Source: an uncultured archaeon (GTDB taxonomy: Archaea; Asgardarchaeota; Lokiarchaeia; Sigyniarchaeales; SOKP01). From it: a stretch of 64,000 bases of DNA. The stretch spans positions 39,465 to 103,464 of the forward strand of contig CAZGJX010000003.1 in the NCBI GenBank assembly GCA_964525635.1, written 5' to 3'. Both the position numbers and the translations under genes were made by a program. Below, one piece after another: positions 30,383-39,612 of the stretch. The notes below the pieces were generated by a model. It made no database searches. It saw nothing but the letters and a program-made list of their open reading frames with translations, and had not been told where the DNA came from. Position 1 is the first letter of the stretch. The number at the start of each line of letters is the position of its first letter.

Positions 30383-32095
30383 TTGAATAACTATAGAAAA
30401 GAAGAATTAGAATTAATTAGAAAAAAAATAATAGATGCTATTCGATTTTCTGAGCGTTATTGGATGATTTATAAGAAAAATACTTTTGGATTTTCAACAA
30501 TATTAGATTTGAATTATAAAAAGAGTTACATCGAAGTATTACTATTTTCGAATTATGATGTCTTGCATGAAGGAGTACCTTTAATAGAAATAAACACACC
30601 TATAGAAACAGAACTTGATTTTAATACAATTATTGTTGATCCTGATTTTGATGATGATGGACTAATAAGTCCTATAAAAATAATTGAACGAATTAATATA
30701 TTAATTAATAAGGAATATCAATATCATATTGATTTTTTAAATAAAGAAATTGAATTAATGAACGAAGAATTTGAGAATTATCCATTTAAAGATATCCCCT
30801 ATTTTAGGAAAATTCGAATTTATTTCCCTGATTTTTATATTAAATTGAAAATTAATTTTGAGCTTTATCCATCAAAACCAACATTTTACTTTTCAAAATT
30901 TCTTTCAAGAATAATAAAATTAGTAGAATTTTTAAATATTGATCCTATTAAGAATTGGAATGAATTAGAACCTCCTCATTTAGTAGATATATTAAAATAT
31001 TTAATTAAACTTATTATTAAATCCCTTAAAATTAAGAATTATTACAAAAATTCTCAATATTTATTATTAGATAATTTTTTGTTAGAAAAAGATATAGATA
31101 AAATATCTTTTAAAATTCACAGAGGACAATCAATTGGAATATTATATGAGGGAACATCTGAAGAAAATAATGATCAAACTAGCATGAACATATTATTTAA
31201 AAGTATTATGGGGGAAATAAAAAATTTTTCAGGAGTTATAGATATATTTGGTAAATTTATTCAGCTGGTAGATAGAAAAGATCTAACAGGTATTATTAAT
31301 ATATCTAATTCAATAGATTTCAAAAAAGAAAATATGAAAATTAAGAAAGCAATTAAATATGGTATTAAATTAAAACCTAAATTAACACCCTATAGCACAG
31401 TTATATTAGGTAACCTACAAAATAAGGATAATATATTATTAAGAAAATCATGGCTTTTAAAAAATCCTATTTTTAAAAGTTTCTCAATTCTTAAGAAATT
31501 TAATAAAAAAAGAGAAATTATCAATAAAACTTTAGAAATAACAGGATTATCAAGTAAACTAAATTTAAAAGTATTTCAATTAAAGAAATTTGATCTTTTA
31601 TTATTATCTATAGCAAGGGCTCTTGTTCAATTACCAAAGATAATAATTTTTCCGATTCCTCAAGGCATCTTAAATAGATTGGAATATGAAAGATTAAATA
31701 ATTATTTAGAAATTATAAAAAAAAAGTTCCATATTGCACTTATAATTCATGGACCCGAGATAGTTGTTTCTAAATGTGACAAAATTTTAACTATTACAGG
31801 GAAGAAAGCTGATTCTGGAACAATGAAAGAATTAATTAAAAAAATACCACAATCAGGAGAATTAATTTCAATTGAATTAAATTATCCAAAAGAGGAAGAG
31901 TTAAATGAATTATTTCAATTAGAATCGGTTATAGTCCTTGAAGAGAGAAAATATGAAAAATATAAATTATTTCCAAAAGAAGATCCAGATAAATTAATTA
32001 GAAAAGTAATCCGTATATTTGGAGCTGATTTATATAGTTTTAAACGTTATAAAGCGTCTCTACATGAATTTGTTGAATTTTTAAGAATTTCATAA
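30383..32095 (+). CDS. UBC/RWD-like domain fused to a degenerate (catalytically dead) ABC-type ATPase domain
   Basis: The C-terminal 340 aa are collinear with ABC-2-type ATPases, but Walker A reads ILYEGTSEENNDQTS, the signature reads QLKKFD and Walker B reads IIIFPIP. The N-terminal part contains KLKINFELYPSKPTFYFSK...W...PPHLVDILKYLIKLI (YPxxxP-type). Confidence 0.55.
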   Translation: MNNYRKEELELIRKKIIDAIRFSERYWMIYKKNTFGFSTILDLNYKKSYIEVLLFSNYDVLHEGVPLIEINTPIETELDFNTIIVDPDFDDDGLISPIKIIERINILINKEYQYHIDFLNKEIELMNEEFENYPFKDIPYFRKIRIYFPDFYIKLKINFELYPSKPTFYFSKFLSRIIKLVEFLNIDPIKNWNELEPPHLVDILKYLIKLIIKSLKIKNYYKNSQYLLLDNFLLEKDIDKISFKIHRGQSIGILYEGTSEENNDQTSMNILFKSIMGEIKNFSGVIDIFGKFIQLVDRKDLTGIINISNSIDFKKENMKIKKAIKYGIKLKPKLTPYSTVILGNLQNKDNILLRKSWLLKNPIFKSFSILKKFNKKREIINKTLEITGLSSKLNLKVFQLKKFDLLLLSIARALVQLPKIIIFPIPQGILNRLEYERLNNYLEIIKKKFHIALIIHGPEIVVSKCDKILTITGKKADSGTMKELIKKIPQSGELISIELNYPKEEELNELFQLESVIVLEERKYEKYKLFPKEDPDKLIRKVIRIFGADLYSFKRYKASLHEFVEFLRIS

Positions 32096-32118
32096 TTAAA
32101 TTAAAAAGAGGAAGTTAT

Positions 32119-32943
32119 ATGATTAAGAATATCTATATTTTAAGCAGAAATGGGATGTTGCTATATTCAAAAAATTTTATTGAACAAAAATACGATGATA
32201 ATTTATTAATTGGATTCTTTACGTCAGTAGAAAATTTTAGTCGAGAAGCTTTAGAAAGTATTGTAAAATTTATAGATCTTGGTGTAGATAATAAATTAAT
32301 CCTTAAACCAAAACCAGATGAAAAGATCTTTGGTGCAGCTATAGTAAGTTCTAAGGATAACAATATATTAGTGGGTAAGATACTTGATAACATATTGCAA
32401 GATTTTATTGATGATTTTTCACCTGATTATAATCTTGATAGAAAAAGTAAAAGTAAAATGGATAAAAATATAGAGGACAATCTAAAAAAACGGACATCTT
32501 CATCATTAAGAATTAGAATATTAAAAACTTGGTTAATATTAGGACCACTTGGATTATTACTTACAATTATTAACATAATGGCGACAGAATATTTTATTTC
32601 ATCCAGACAATCTGAATATGGATCTTTTTTTTATATGGAAGATATTCTATTAAGCATAATACCACAAGTAGTTTTAATTTCTTTAGCTGAACTTGTTTTA
32701 GTATTTGGTGTTGCTAATTTCATATCTGGATATATAATATTAGACCTCAAGCTAGCTGCTATAAATGTACTTCTATATTTTGGTTATATTCTTATCTTTT
32801 ACTTTATATCTGTAAAACCTGTCTTAGCTCTGATTATTCTCACGTTTTTTCCATTCATTATAGTCGCATCTTTATTGGCAGCATATCTTGGTTATGTTTT
32901 AGCGCTTCAGAGAATAACACTTAGAGTAAAAGAAATAGATTAA
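32119..32943 (+). CDS. longin/SNARE-like (AP-sigma-like) domain protein with a C-terminal multi-TM anchor
   Basis: MIKNIYILSRNGMLLYSKNF..LLIGFFTSVENFSREAL..IFGAAIVSS..ILDNILQDFIDDF parallels the sigma-adaptin/longin pattern. Four hydrophobic segments follow. An AGAGGA SD sits 7 nt upstream. Confidence 0.55.
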   Translation: MIKNIYILSRNGMLLYSKNFIEQKYDDNLLIGFFTSVENFSREALESIVKFIDLGVDNKLILKPKPDEKIFGAAIVSSKDNNILVGKILDNILQDFIDDFSPDYNLDRKSKSKMDKNIEDNLKKRTSSSLRIRILKTWLILGPLGLLLTIINIMATEYFISSRQSEYGSFFYMEDILLSIIPQVVLISLAELVLVFGVANFISGYIILDLKLAAINVLLYFGYILIFYFISVKPVLALIILTFFPFIIVASLLAAYLGYVLALQRITLRVKEID

Positions 32944-32959
32944 AGAGGATTATTTTCAA

Positions 32960-32966
32960 TTTTTTT
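32960..32966 (+). terminator. oligo-T tract (T7) 17 nt after the stop
   Basis: An oligo-T run at the end of the 30383-32943 two-gene unit. Specificity is low. Confidence 0.25.
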
Positions 32967-33119
32967 GTAACTCAAATTATTTAGTCTAATAATTCTAATG
33001 ATAATAATTTAATAATCTATGAATAATCTTAAAAATAAATATAATTTATTTATAGTAAAATAATAAAATAATGAGCTAAAGGCAACAAAGAATAGGATAA
33101 AATAAAGGGAGATATAATA

Positions 33120-34604
33120 ATGAGTTATAAAGCTCCAAATGAAAAAGATTTAGAATCTTTAAAATCAATTGTGGGTAAGGACTATGCTTCAATGGATGAA
33201 GCAATTACAGCATCTTATTTATCTAAATCTGTTATGGGTTTAGAAGGTCAAATTCCTGATATTGTCATACGACCAAAATATGTTGAAGAAATCAGGAAAA
33301 TATTACTTTATTGTTCAGAAGAAAAAATAGCGGTAAGTCCCGTTTCTGGTGGCCTTTCAGGAGGATTTGCTTGTCCTACAATTAAACCTGCTGGAGTATT
33401 ATTAGATTTGGGCAGGATGAATAGAATTATTGAGATAGATGAGGATAATCGATATGCAATAATTGAACCAGGTGTTACAAACGGGCAAATTTGGGCATAT
33501 ATGCTTAAAAATAATTCTGATTTTGCCCCACCTATAGCTGACGGAGCCCCCCCTGCTGCAACAGTCATGGGAGATGCTATTGATCGAGGATTTTCACTTT
33601 ATACTTCAAGTGTTGGACCTCAAGGGGATAATTTTATGTGTGCTGAAGTTGTTTTTCCAAATGGAGATGTCTTACGTACTGGATCGTGGGTACTTCCAAC
33701 AGCTAAACCATTTTACAAGTACGGAATTGGCCCAGATATGTGGAGCCTTTTGATGGGTTCCCAAGGAACATTTGGGGTTATAACAAAAGTAGCTGTAAAA
33801 ATTTATCCTCACCCAAAATATAAGACAATTGTTGCTTGGGGAATGTCTAATCCTTATGATATGCAGAATGTAACTTATGAATTGGGTATAAGAGAGTTTA
33901 GCATTGCCCATAATACAGTTATGGTTCAAGGGGGAAATTACCCCTTAATTATGGCTCGATGGCCTAAAGATAAAATCCCCCACGATTATGAATTCTTTAA
34001 AGAGATGGGAATACCTAAATGGTGGATGAATTGGGAATGTTGGGCTTGGAATGATAGGGAGTTGGAATATATAACAGAAACAATTAATAATCATTGTAAA
34101 GAATTTGCAAAGAATAGAGCTAAAGATGGTAATAATATGCAACCATGGGAACTTCATCCAAAACAAATAACGAGTAGATTGAAAAAACCAAATAAAATTG
34201 CGATACCTTATGCACTTTGGGAGTCTGGATTTTTATTTATCACATGGTATACTCCCTGGAAAGATTGTGCTCAATTCGCTGAAAAATATATATCTATCTT
34301 AGAAAAATATGGTTTTCCTCCAGTAATTTGGATTGCTTCTATTGAACATTGTCGACAAGCAATATGTATGCCAATACTTGTTTTTGATAGTTCAAAATCA
34401 GAAGATATCGAACGTGTTCAAGATTTTAATAGGGAGACTACCGAATATAGTTTAAAACAAGGTTGGCTTAATTATAGACCTGATCCAAAATTTTCTATAA
34501 AAGCATATTATCAATCAGGATTATATTGGAAATATTTAAGAATGTTTAAAAGATTGGTTGATCCTAATATGATAATGCATCCTGGAAGACTAGGATTACC
34601 ATAA
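33120..34604 (+). CDS. FAD-linked oxidase (PCMH-type FAD-binding domain, GlcD/VAO-like)
   Basis: Has ..IRPKYVEEIRKIL..AVSPVSGGLSGGFACP..LDLGRMNRIIEIDEDNRYAIIEPGVTNGQI. Confidence 0.8.
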   Translation: MSYKAPNEKDLESLKSIVGKDYASMDEAITASYLSKSVMGLEGQIPDIVIRPKYVEEIRKILLYCSEEKIAVSPVSGGLSGGFACPTIKPAGVLLDLGRMNRIIEIDEDNRYAIIEPGVTNGQIWAYMLKNNSDFAPPIADGAPPAATVMGDAIDRGFSLYTSSVGPQGDNFMCAEVVFPNGDVLRTGSWVLPTAKPFYKYGIGPDMWSLLMGSQGTFGVITKVAVKIYPHPKYKTIVAWGMSNPYDMQNVTYELGIREFSIAHNTVMVQGGNYPLIMARWPKDKIPHDYEFFKEMGIPKWWMNWECWAWNDRELEYITETINNHCKEFAKNRAKDGNNMQPWELHPKQITSRLKKPNKIAIPYALWESGFLFITWYTPWKDCAQFAEKYISILEKYGFPPVIWIASIEHCRQAICMPILVFDSSKSEDIERVQDFNRETTEYSLKQGWLNYRPDPKFSIKAYYQSGLYWKYLRMFKRLVDPNMIMHPGRLGLP

Positions 34605-34658
34605 AAAATTCTATAATTTCATTTGAATATATTATTAGACAATTTCATTATGTAAAAT

Positions 34659-36038
34659 ATGATTAAAACTAAAAATAAAAAGCCTGAAAAAACAGATTCT
34701 GGATTGCAAATATTATTTGGATTTCCTAAATTCGGAACATCATTAATCCTAGGATTAGAAACATTTTCCATGTTTACCCTTTATCCAAGTATTTTTGGAT
34801 TGAATTACATTCTAACAGGAATTTCTTTAGCATTTGGTTATATATGTATAGCTTTAGGTCAATTAACTTTTGGATGGTTAAGTGATAGACGCTATACAAA
34901 ATTAGGAAGAAGAAAACCTTATCTTTTGATATTATCACCAGTATTAGGTTTATCTTTTATTTTTCTATTTCTGCCTAATATGTTCTTACCAAATATTGAT
35001 GATCAAATTATTTTATTTCTTTGGTTATTCACTTTTGAGGGTTTATTTAAATTTAGTTATGCAGTAACAATCCCTTATCAATCATGGATGGTAGAAGTCT
35101 TCCCTAATGAACAAAGACCAGAAGTATCTCAAATACAAAATATATTCAATTATATTGGGGTAGGTCTCATGGCAGTTATCACTTTTTTTATATTTGATGA
35201 GATATATGATTCTTTTAAAATTAATCCATATCTAATTCCAATCAAATATTTATCTATTGTTATAATCACAGGTATTACAATTTGGATAATATTTTATTTA
35301 ATAGTATTAGTTTTTCCAACGGAACCATATCACGAAATTAAACATACTGGTATCAAAGAAAGTATAAAGATTATGAAGGAGAATAAGGATTTAATGAGGG
35401 TAATTCTCTCAAATGGTATAGCAGCGATAGCATGGGCAATTTTTGCTAGTGGTACGTTACTCTTTAATAAAGAAGTATTAGGGTTAGAAAAAACACAATA
35501 TTTAATCATAGGAGTTTTTCTGGGAATTGGCACTTTACTTTTCCTATCTTTTTGGAGAGAAAGAATTGAATTAAAAGGAAAAAAAAAAATTCTTTTACAA
35601 TTATTGATTATAGCAACTATTTTATCACCAGTCACATTATTGGGCTTATTATGTGATTATATTTATCCATTAATTATAGGAATAATATTTACCACTTCAA
35701 TGGGATTAATAAGAGCAGGTTTGAATTTATTTCCATATATTATATATGCAGATATTTCCCAAGATAATGCAAAAAAATCAGGACAATTATTAGCAGGTAT
35801 CTTTACAGGATTCCCTCTAATGATTTTAAATGCGTTTCAAGCTCTTGGAATGATATTATTGGGTATTTTTGGTACCTTTCCAAAAATAACTATTAATTCA
35901 ATTGAATTTCCGATAGGATTAACTCTATGGGGACCAGTTTGTTCTATTATATTAATTATAGCTTATCTAATTACAAAAAAATATGTTATTTTAGATTTTG
36001 AATGGGAAAAGAAAAAAAATGGTAAAAAAGAAAAATAA
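34659..36038 (+). CDS. MFS transporter, glycoside-pentoside-hexuronide (GPH)-like
   Basis: Has about 12 hydrophobic segments and the GWLSDRRYTKLGRRKPYLL loop motif. Confidence 0.7.
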   Translation: MIKTKNKKPEKTDSGLQILFGFPKFGTSLILGLETFSMFTLYPSIFGLNYILTGISLAFGYICIALGQLTFGWLSDRRYTKLGRRKPYLLILSPVLGLSFIFLFLPNMFLPNIDDQIILFLWLFTFEGLFKFSYAVTIPYQSWMVEVFPNEQRPEVSQIQNIFNYIGVGLMAVITFFIFDEIYDSFKINPYLIPIKYLSIVIITGITIWIIFYLIVLVFPTEPYHEIKHTGIKESIKIMKENKDLMRVILSNGIAAIAWAIFASGTLLFNKEVLGLEKTQYLIIGVFLGIGTLLFLSFWRERIELKGKKKILLQLLIIATILSPVTLLGLLCDYIYPLIIGIIFTTSMGLIRAGLNLFPYIIYADISQDNAKKSGQLLAGIFTGFPLMILNAFQALGMILLGIFGTFPKITINSIEFPIGLTLWGPVCSIILIIAYLITKKYVILDFEWEKKKNGKKEK

Positions 36039-36052
36039 ATTTAGATAAAAGT

Positions 36053-36822
36053 TTAAACGTCTCGTGTTCTAAATCTTAGATAAGCAAGAATAATACTAGG
36101 AATTAAATAACATAGCAACATTACTACTACCCAATCGACTTTTAATATAATAACAATTTCTTCAGAGGTAACTTCACCTCCAAAAATAGATTGTCCGACT
36201 AATTCAGAATAAAAAGGGAAATAATAGGGGCTATTGACAAAAGCAAGGAGTATTCCAAAAGCAGCTCCTAATATAATCAGTGTAATAAAAGCCATAGTCA
36301 TAGCTTGAGAACCAGATCGGAAAATGGTACTATGTAATATATATATAGCCGCATAAGTGATTCCAGATAAGCAAGAAAGCCCAAACCATATAAATAATTC
36401 AGTTGGAATTTGTTGATAATATATAATTGAATAGATCATTAATTCAATCAAGCAAGGTCCAATCCATATTAAAATAATTGTTAAAACAGCAAGAGTTTTA
36501 CCAATAAAAAAGTTTGTTCTCCCTGTTTTAGTAAAATTTGTAAGTACTGTTCGTTTATCAAACTCATCTGTTAAAATTCCTCCTGCAAAAAATAGGGAAA
36601 TAATTAATATTATCATCCCATAATTTTGGGTTATGGAGGATAAAAACTCTTTCGGATTTGGTGGAAGAAAAAAACCAATGAGAATCCCATATAAATTTAT
36701 AATTAATATTCCTAAAAAGAGAAGATGTAAATATCTTTTCTTTTTAGAGATAATTCAAACTTATAAACTTCAGATATTAATCTTGGATTAGTTCCTCTTT
36801 TGATTTCTATATCAACGGACAT
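36053..36822 (-). pseudogene. ABC-2 type permease disrupted by a frameshift
   Basis: ATG at 36822 gives MSVDIEIKRGTNPRLISEVYKFELSLK.. The frame then changes in an A-rich run near 36745-36755 to ..KKKRYLHLLFLGILIINLYGILIGFF..MIILIISLFF.. (track ORF 36053-36616). Confidence 0.7.
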
Positions 36823-36823
36823 T

Positions 36824-37858
36824 TTAATTATAACCTCTTTTCTTTTTTAATTTAGAATCCGTTTCAATCAGATCTAGATATAAATCTTCTAGACGAGAAG
36901 ACCTGACTTTACTAAATCCAATTATAGGTAGCTTTAAATCTAATGATAAAATATCATGTATTTCTTTTCTCGATTTAGGCTTCCCATCATAGTATATATA
37001 GAATCCAGATAAATTTTCATTATATTGAACTATTGCTTTTGTATCTTCAACACAATAAGGAACGATTCTTTCAGATAAATCTTTAGTATAGTATTCAATT
37101 TTATTATTTTTGATAGGATCAAGTAATTCAACGGCTATTTCTTTTATTGTCATTTTTTGTTCAAGATTAACTATTTTATCAACAGCTATGAGTTCTCCAT
37201 GATTTATAATGGCAATTCTATCACAGATTTCAGATATTTCATATAGCATATGTGAAGATAAGAAAATTGTTTTTCCTAATTCTTTATTTTTTTTCATAAT
37301 GTTTCTTACTTGTACACGCCCTTCAGAATCCAATCCGGTTTGAGGTTCATCTAAAACAGCCACAACGGGATCATGAATAAGAGCTTGAGCCAATCCAAGT
37401 CATTGTGTCATTCCATTTGAAAATTCTTTAATCTTTTTATTTTTCCATTGGATCATTTCAACCAAATCTAATACCCAATCAATTTGCTGTTCTATTTTAT
37501 GTCTTGGAACACCTAATAAACTACAATAATAGCTAAGATTCATTTTTGGTGTTGCCTATCCATAAAAAGCGGGTATATCAATTAAAAAACCAAATTTTTT
37601 GTATAATTCTAATGGGTGATCATTTATATTAATAAAATCTCCATTACCTGTGTTAATTTCAATAAATCCAGAGGTTGGTTTAACTAATCCACCGAGCATC
37701 TTCATCGTAGCTGTTTTACCCGCACCATTTGGTCCTACAAATCCTAAAATCTCTCCTTTTTAAACTTCAAGATTCAATTTATTCACCGCTATAAGATCAC
37801 TATATTCCTTAGTTGTGTTATTAAATCTTGCGATAGTGTTATCTATCATATTTCTCAT
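36824..37858 (-). pseudogene. ABC transporter ATP-binding protein with three in-frame stop codons
   Basis: One frame reads [68 protein letters not shown]. The stops are TAA at 37760-37762, TAG at 37556-37558 and TGA at 37400-37402. Confidence 0.85.
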
Positions 37859-38089
37859 TTAATTTGATTTAGAATCATATCAATTATCTTTTGTTTGAAA
37901 AAAGTCATATTTAATTTTAAAAAGATTTGGAGTCCAATTTTTCAATTTATAAGAGTGCCATGACCTTAAATAAGAAAATATAATCAGATGTAACTTTTTA
38001 AAAAATAACTGAAATTGAATTAATCATTATAATTAAAATCAAAATTCTTTTAATTGATTTATTTTTATTAATTAAATAGAATAATCATA

Positions 38090-39502
38090 ATGAATATAAG
38101 GGAAATGTCAAAGTCAGGAATAGAACGATTAGAAGAATTAAAGTCAAAAATCTATCAATGTATTCATTGTAAGGCTTGTAGATTTGCCTATTCAGGTCAA
38201 CCAAGTAAGGAAGGCATTGGTGAATATGAAGGGAAACAGGGAAAAATTCTTTATGAAGGTATGATTGATTCCTGCCCTGCAGGTATTGAATATGGTTGGG
38301 AAGCTTTCTGGAATGCTGGGATAATCTGGATTGCTCGTTCTATTTTAAGTGGAGATCTAAATATTTCTGAATCCGTGAGAGATGTTATTATGCCATGTAT
38401 TACATGTGGAATGTGTTCAACTCAATGTGAAAATAAAATTCCAACTGTAGATATCATTGAAGCCTTAAGAGCTGCTTGTGTTGAGGCAGGTGTACCTTTA
38501 GTAGAAAAACATGAAGTAATTAAAAAATTAGTAGAAGAACTGAATAATCCGTATGGAGGAAAAGCTGAAGAACGTTTTCAATGGGTAAAGGATGCTGGTT
38601 TCGAAAAATATATTAACAATAAAGATGCAAAAATCGCTTATTATGTTGGATGTACAGCAAGTTATCGTCAAAAAGAAATCGCTATTGCAACCTGTAAAAT
38701 TTTTGAAAAGCTTGGAATTAATTTCACCCTGATCCGTGAAGAAGTTTGCTGTGGAAGTCCATTTTTCAGAATTGGAGCCACAGAAACAGCCCAAGAATTA
38801 ATGAAAAAAAATCTTGAGAGTTTTAAAAAAGTAAAAAAAATATTTTTCTCCTGTGCTGGATGTTATAGAACTTTTACAATTGATTATCCAAAATGGAATA
38901 AATCAAAAAAAAATCCATTTCAGACATTACATGCTTTTGAATTAATCACACAATTGATAATTGATGATAAAATTAAATTTAAAGCAAATAAAAATCTGAA
39001 GGATAAGGTAGTTACTTATCATGATCCATGTCATACGGGTAGACACTTTGGTATCGAATTTGAACAAGAACTTATTGAACAGAGTGAAAATTTAATGTTT
39101 GATATGAGGAAACTCAATGAAAAACTTGAGGAATGGTTTGAAAAACCACGTATCATTCTAAAAAAGTTAGAAGAAGATGTAGGAATTCAATTTAAAGAGA
39201 TGTATCGTATTAAAATGGATTCTATGTGTTGTGGGGCTGGAGGCGGAGTAAGAGCAGCTTATCCAGATTTCTCTCTAAAAACTGCAAGTCTAAGGTGTGA
39301 TGAAGCCAATGCTATAGGCGCAGATATATTAACCACAGAATGTCCCTTTTGTTTTCGAAATTTAAGTGATGCTAATGAGAAATTTAAACATGAATTACAA
39401 GTGTATGGATTATTGGAAATTATCGATAAATTCGATTTATTAGAGATAATAGATACTCCATCTGAAGAATATGTATTAGATTTAAGGAGAAATATTCTCT
39501 GA
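38090..39502 (+). CDS. Fe-S oxidoreductase with two 4Fe-4S motifs and two CCG domains (GlcF/HdrD-like)
   Basis: Has CIHCKACRFAY and CITCGMCSTQCEN, then ..VGCTASY..CCGSPF.. and ..HDPCHTGRH..MCCGAGGG...CPFC. Confidence 0.8.
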   Translation: MNIREMSKSGIERLEELKSKIYQCIHCKACRFAYSGQPSKEGIGEYEGKQGKILYEGMIDSCPAGIEYGWEAFWNAGIIWIARSILSGDLNISESVRDVIMPCITCGMCSTQCENKIPTVDIIEALRAACVEAGVPLVEKHEVIKKLVEELNNPYGGKAEERFQWVKDAGFEKYINNKDAKIAYYVGCTASYRQKEIAIATCKIFEKLGINFTLIREEVCCGSPFFRIGATETAQELMKKNLESFKKVKKIFFSCAGCYRTFTIDYPKWNKSKKNPFQTLHAFELITQLIIDDKIKFKANKNLKDKVVTYHDPCHTGRHFGIEFEQELIEQSENLMFDMRKLNEKLEEWFEKPRIILKKLEEDVGIQFKEMYRIKMDSMCCGAGGGVRAAYPDFSLKTASLRCDEANAIGADILTTECPFCFRNLSDANEKFKHELQVYGLLEIIDKFDLLEIIDTPSEEYVLDLRRNIL

Positions 39503-39612
39503 TATGAAATATCATTTATAGAATTTCTCACTTCTTCCTTTATTAATTAACCACAAAAAGGTTTTATCTAAGTGATTTTAGATTAGTTTATCAGTAATTT
39601 TAATAATTTTCT

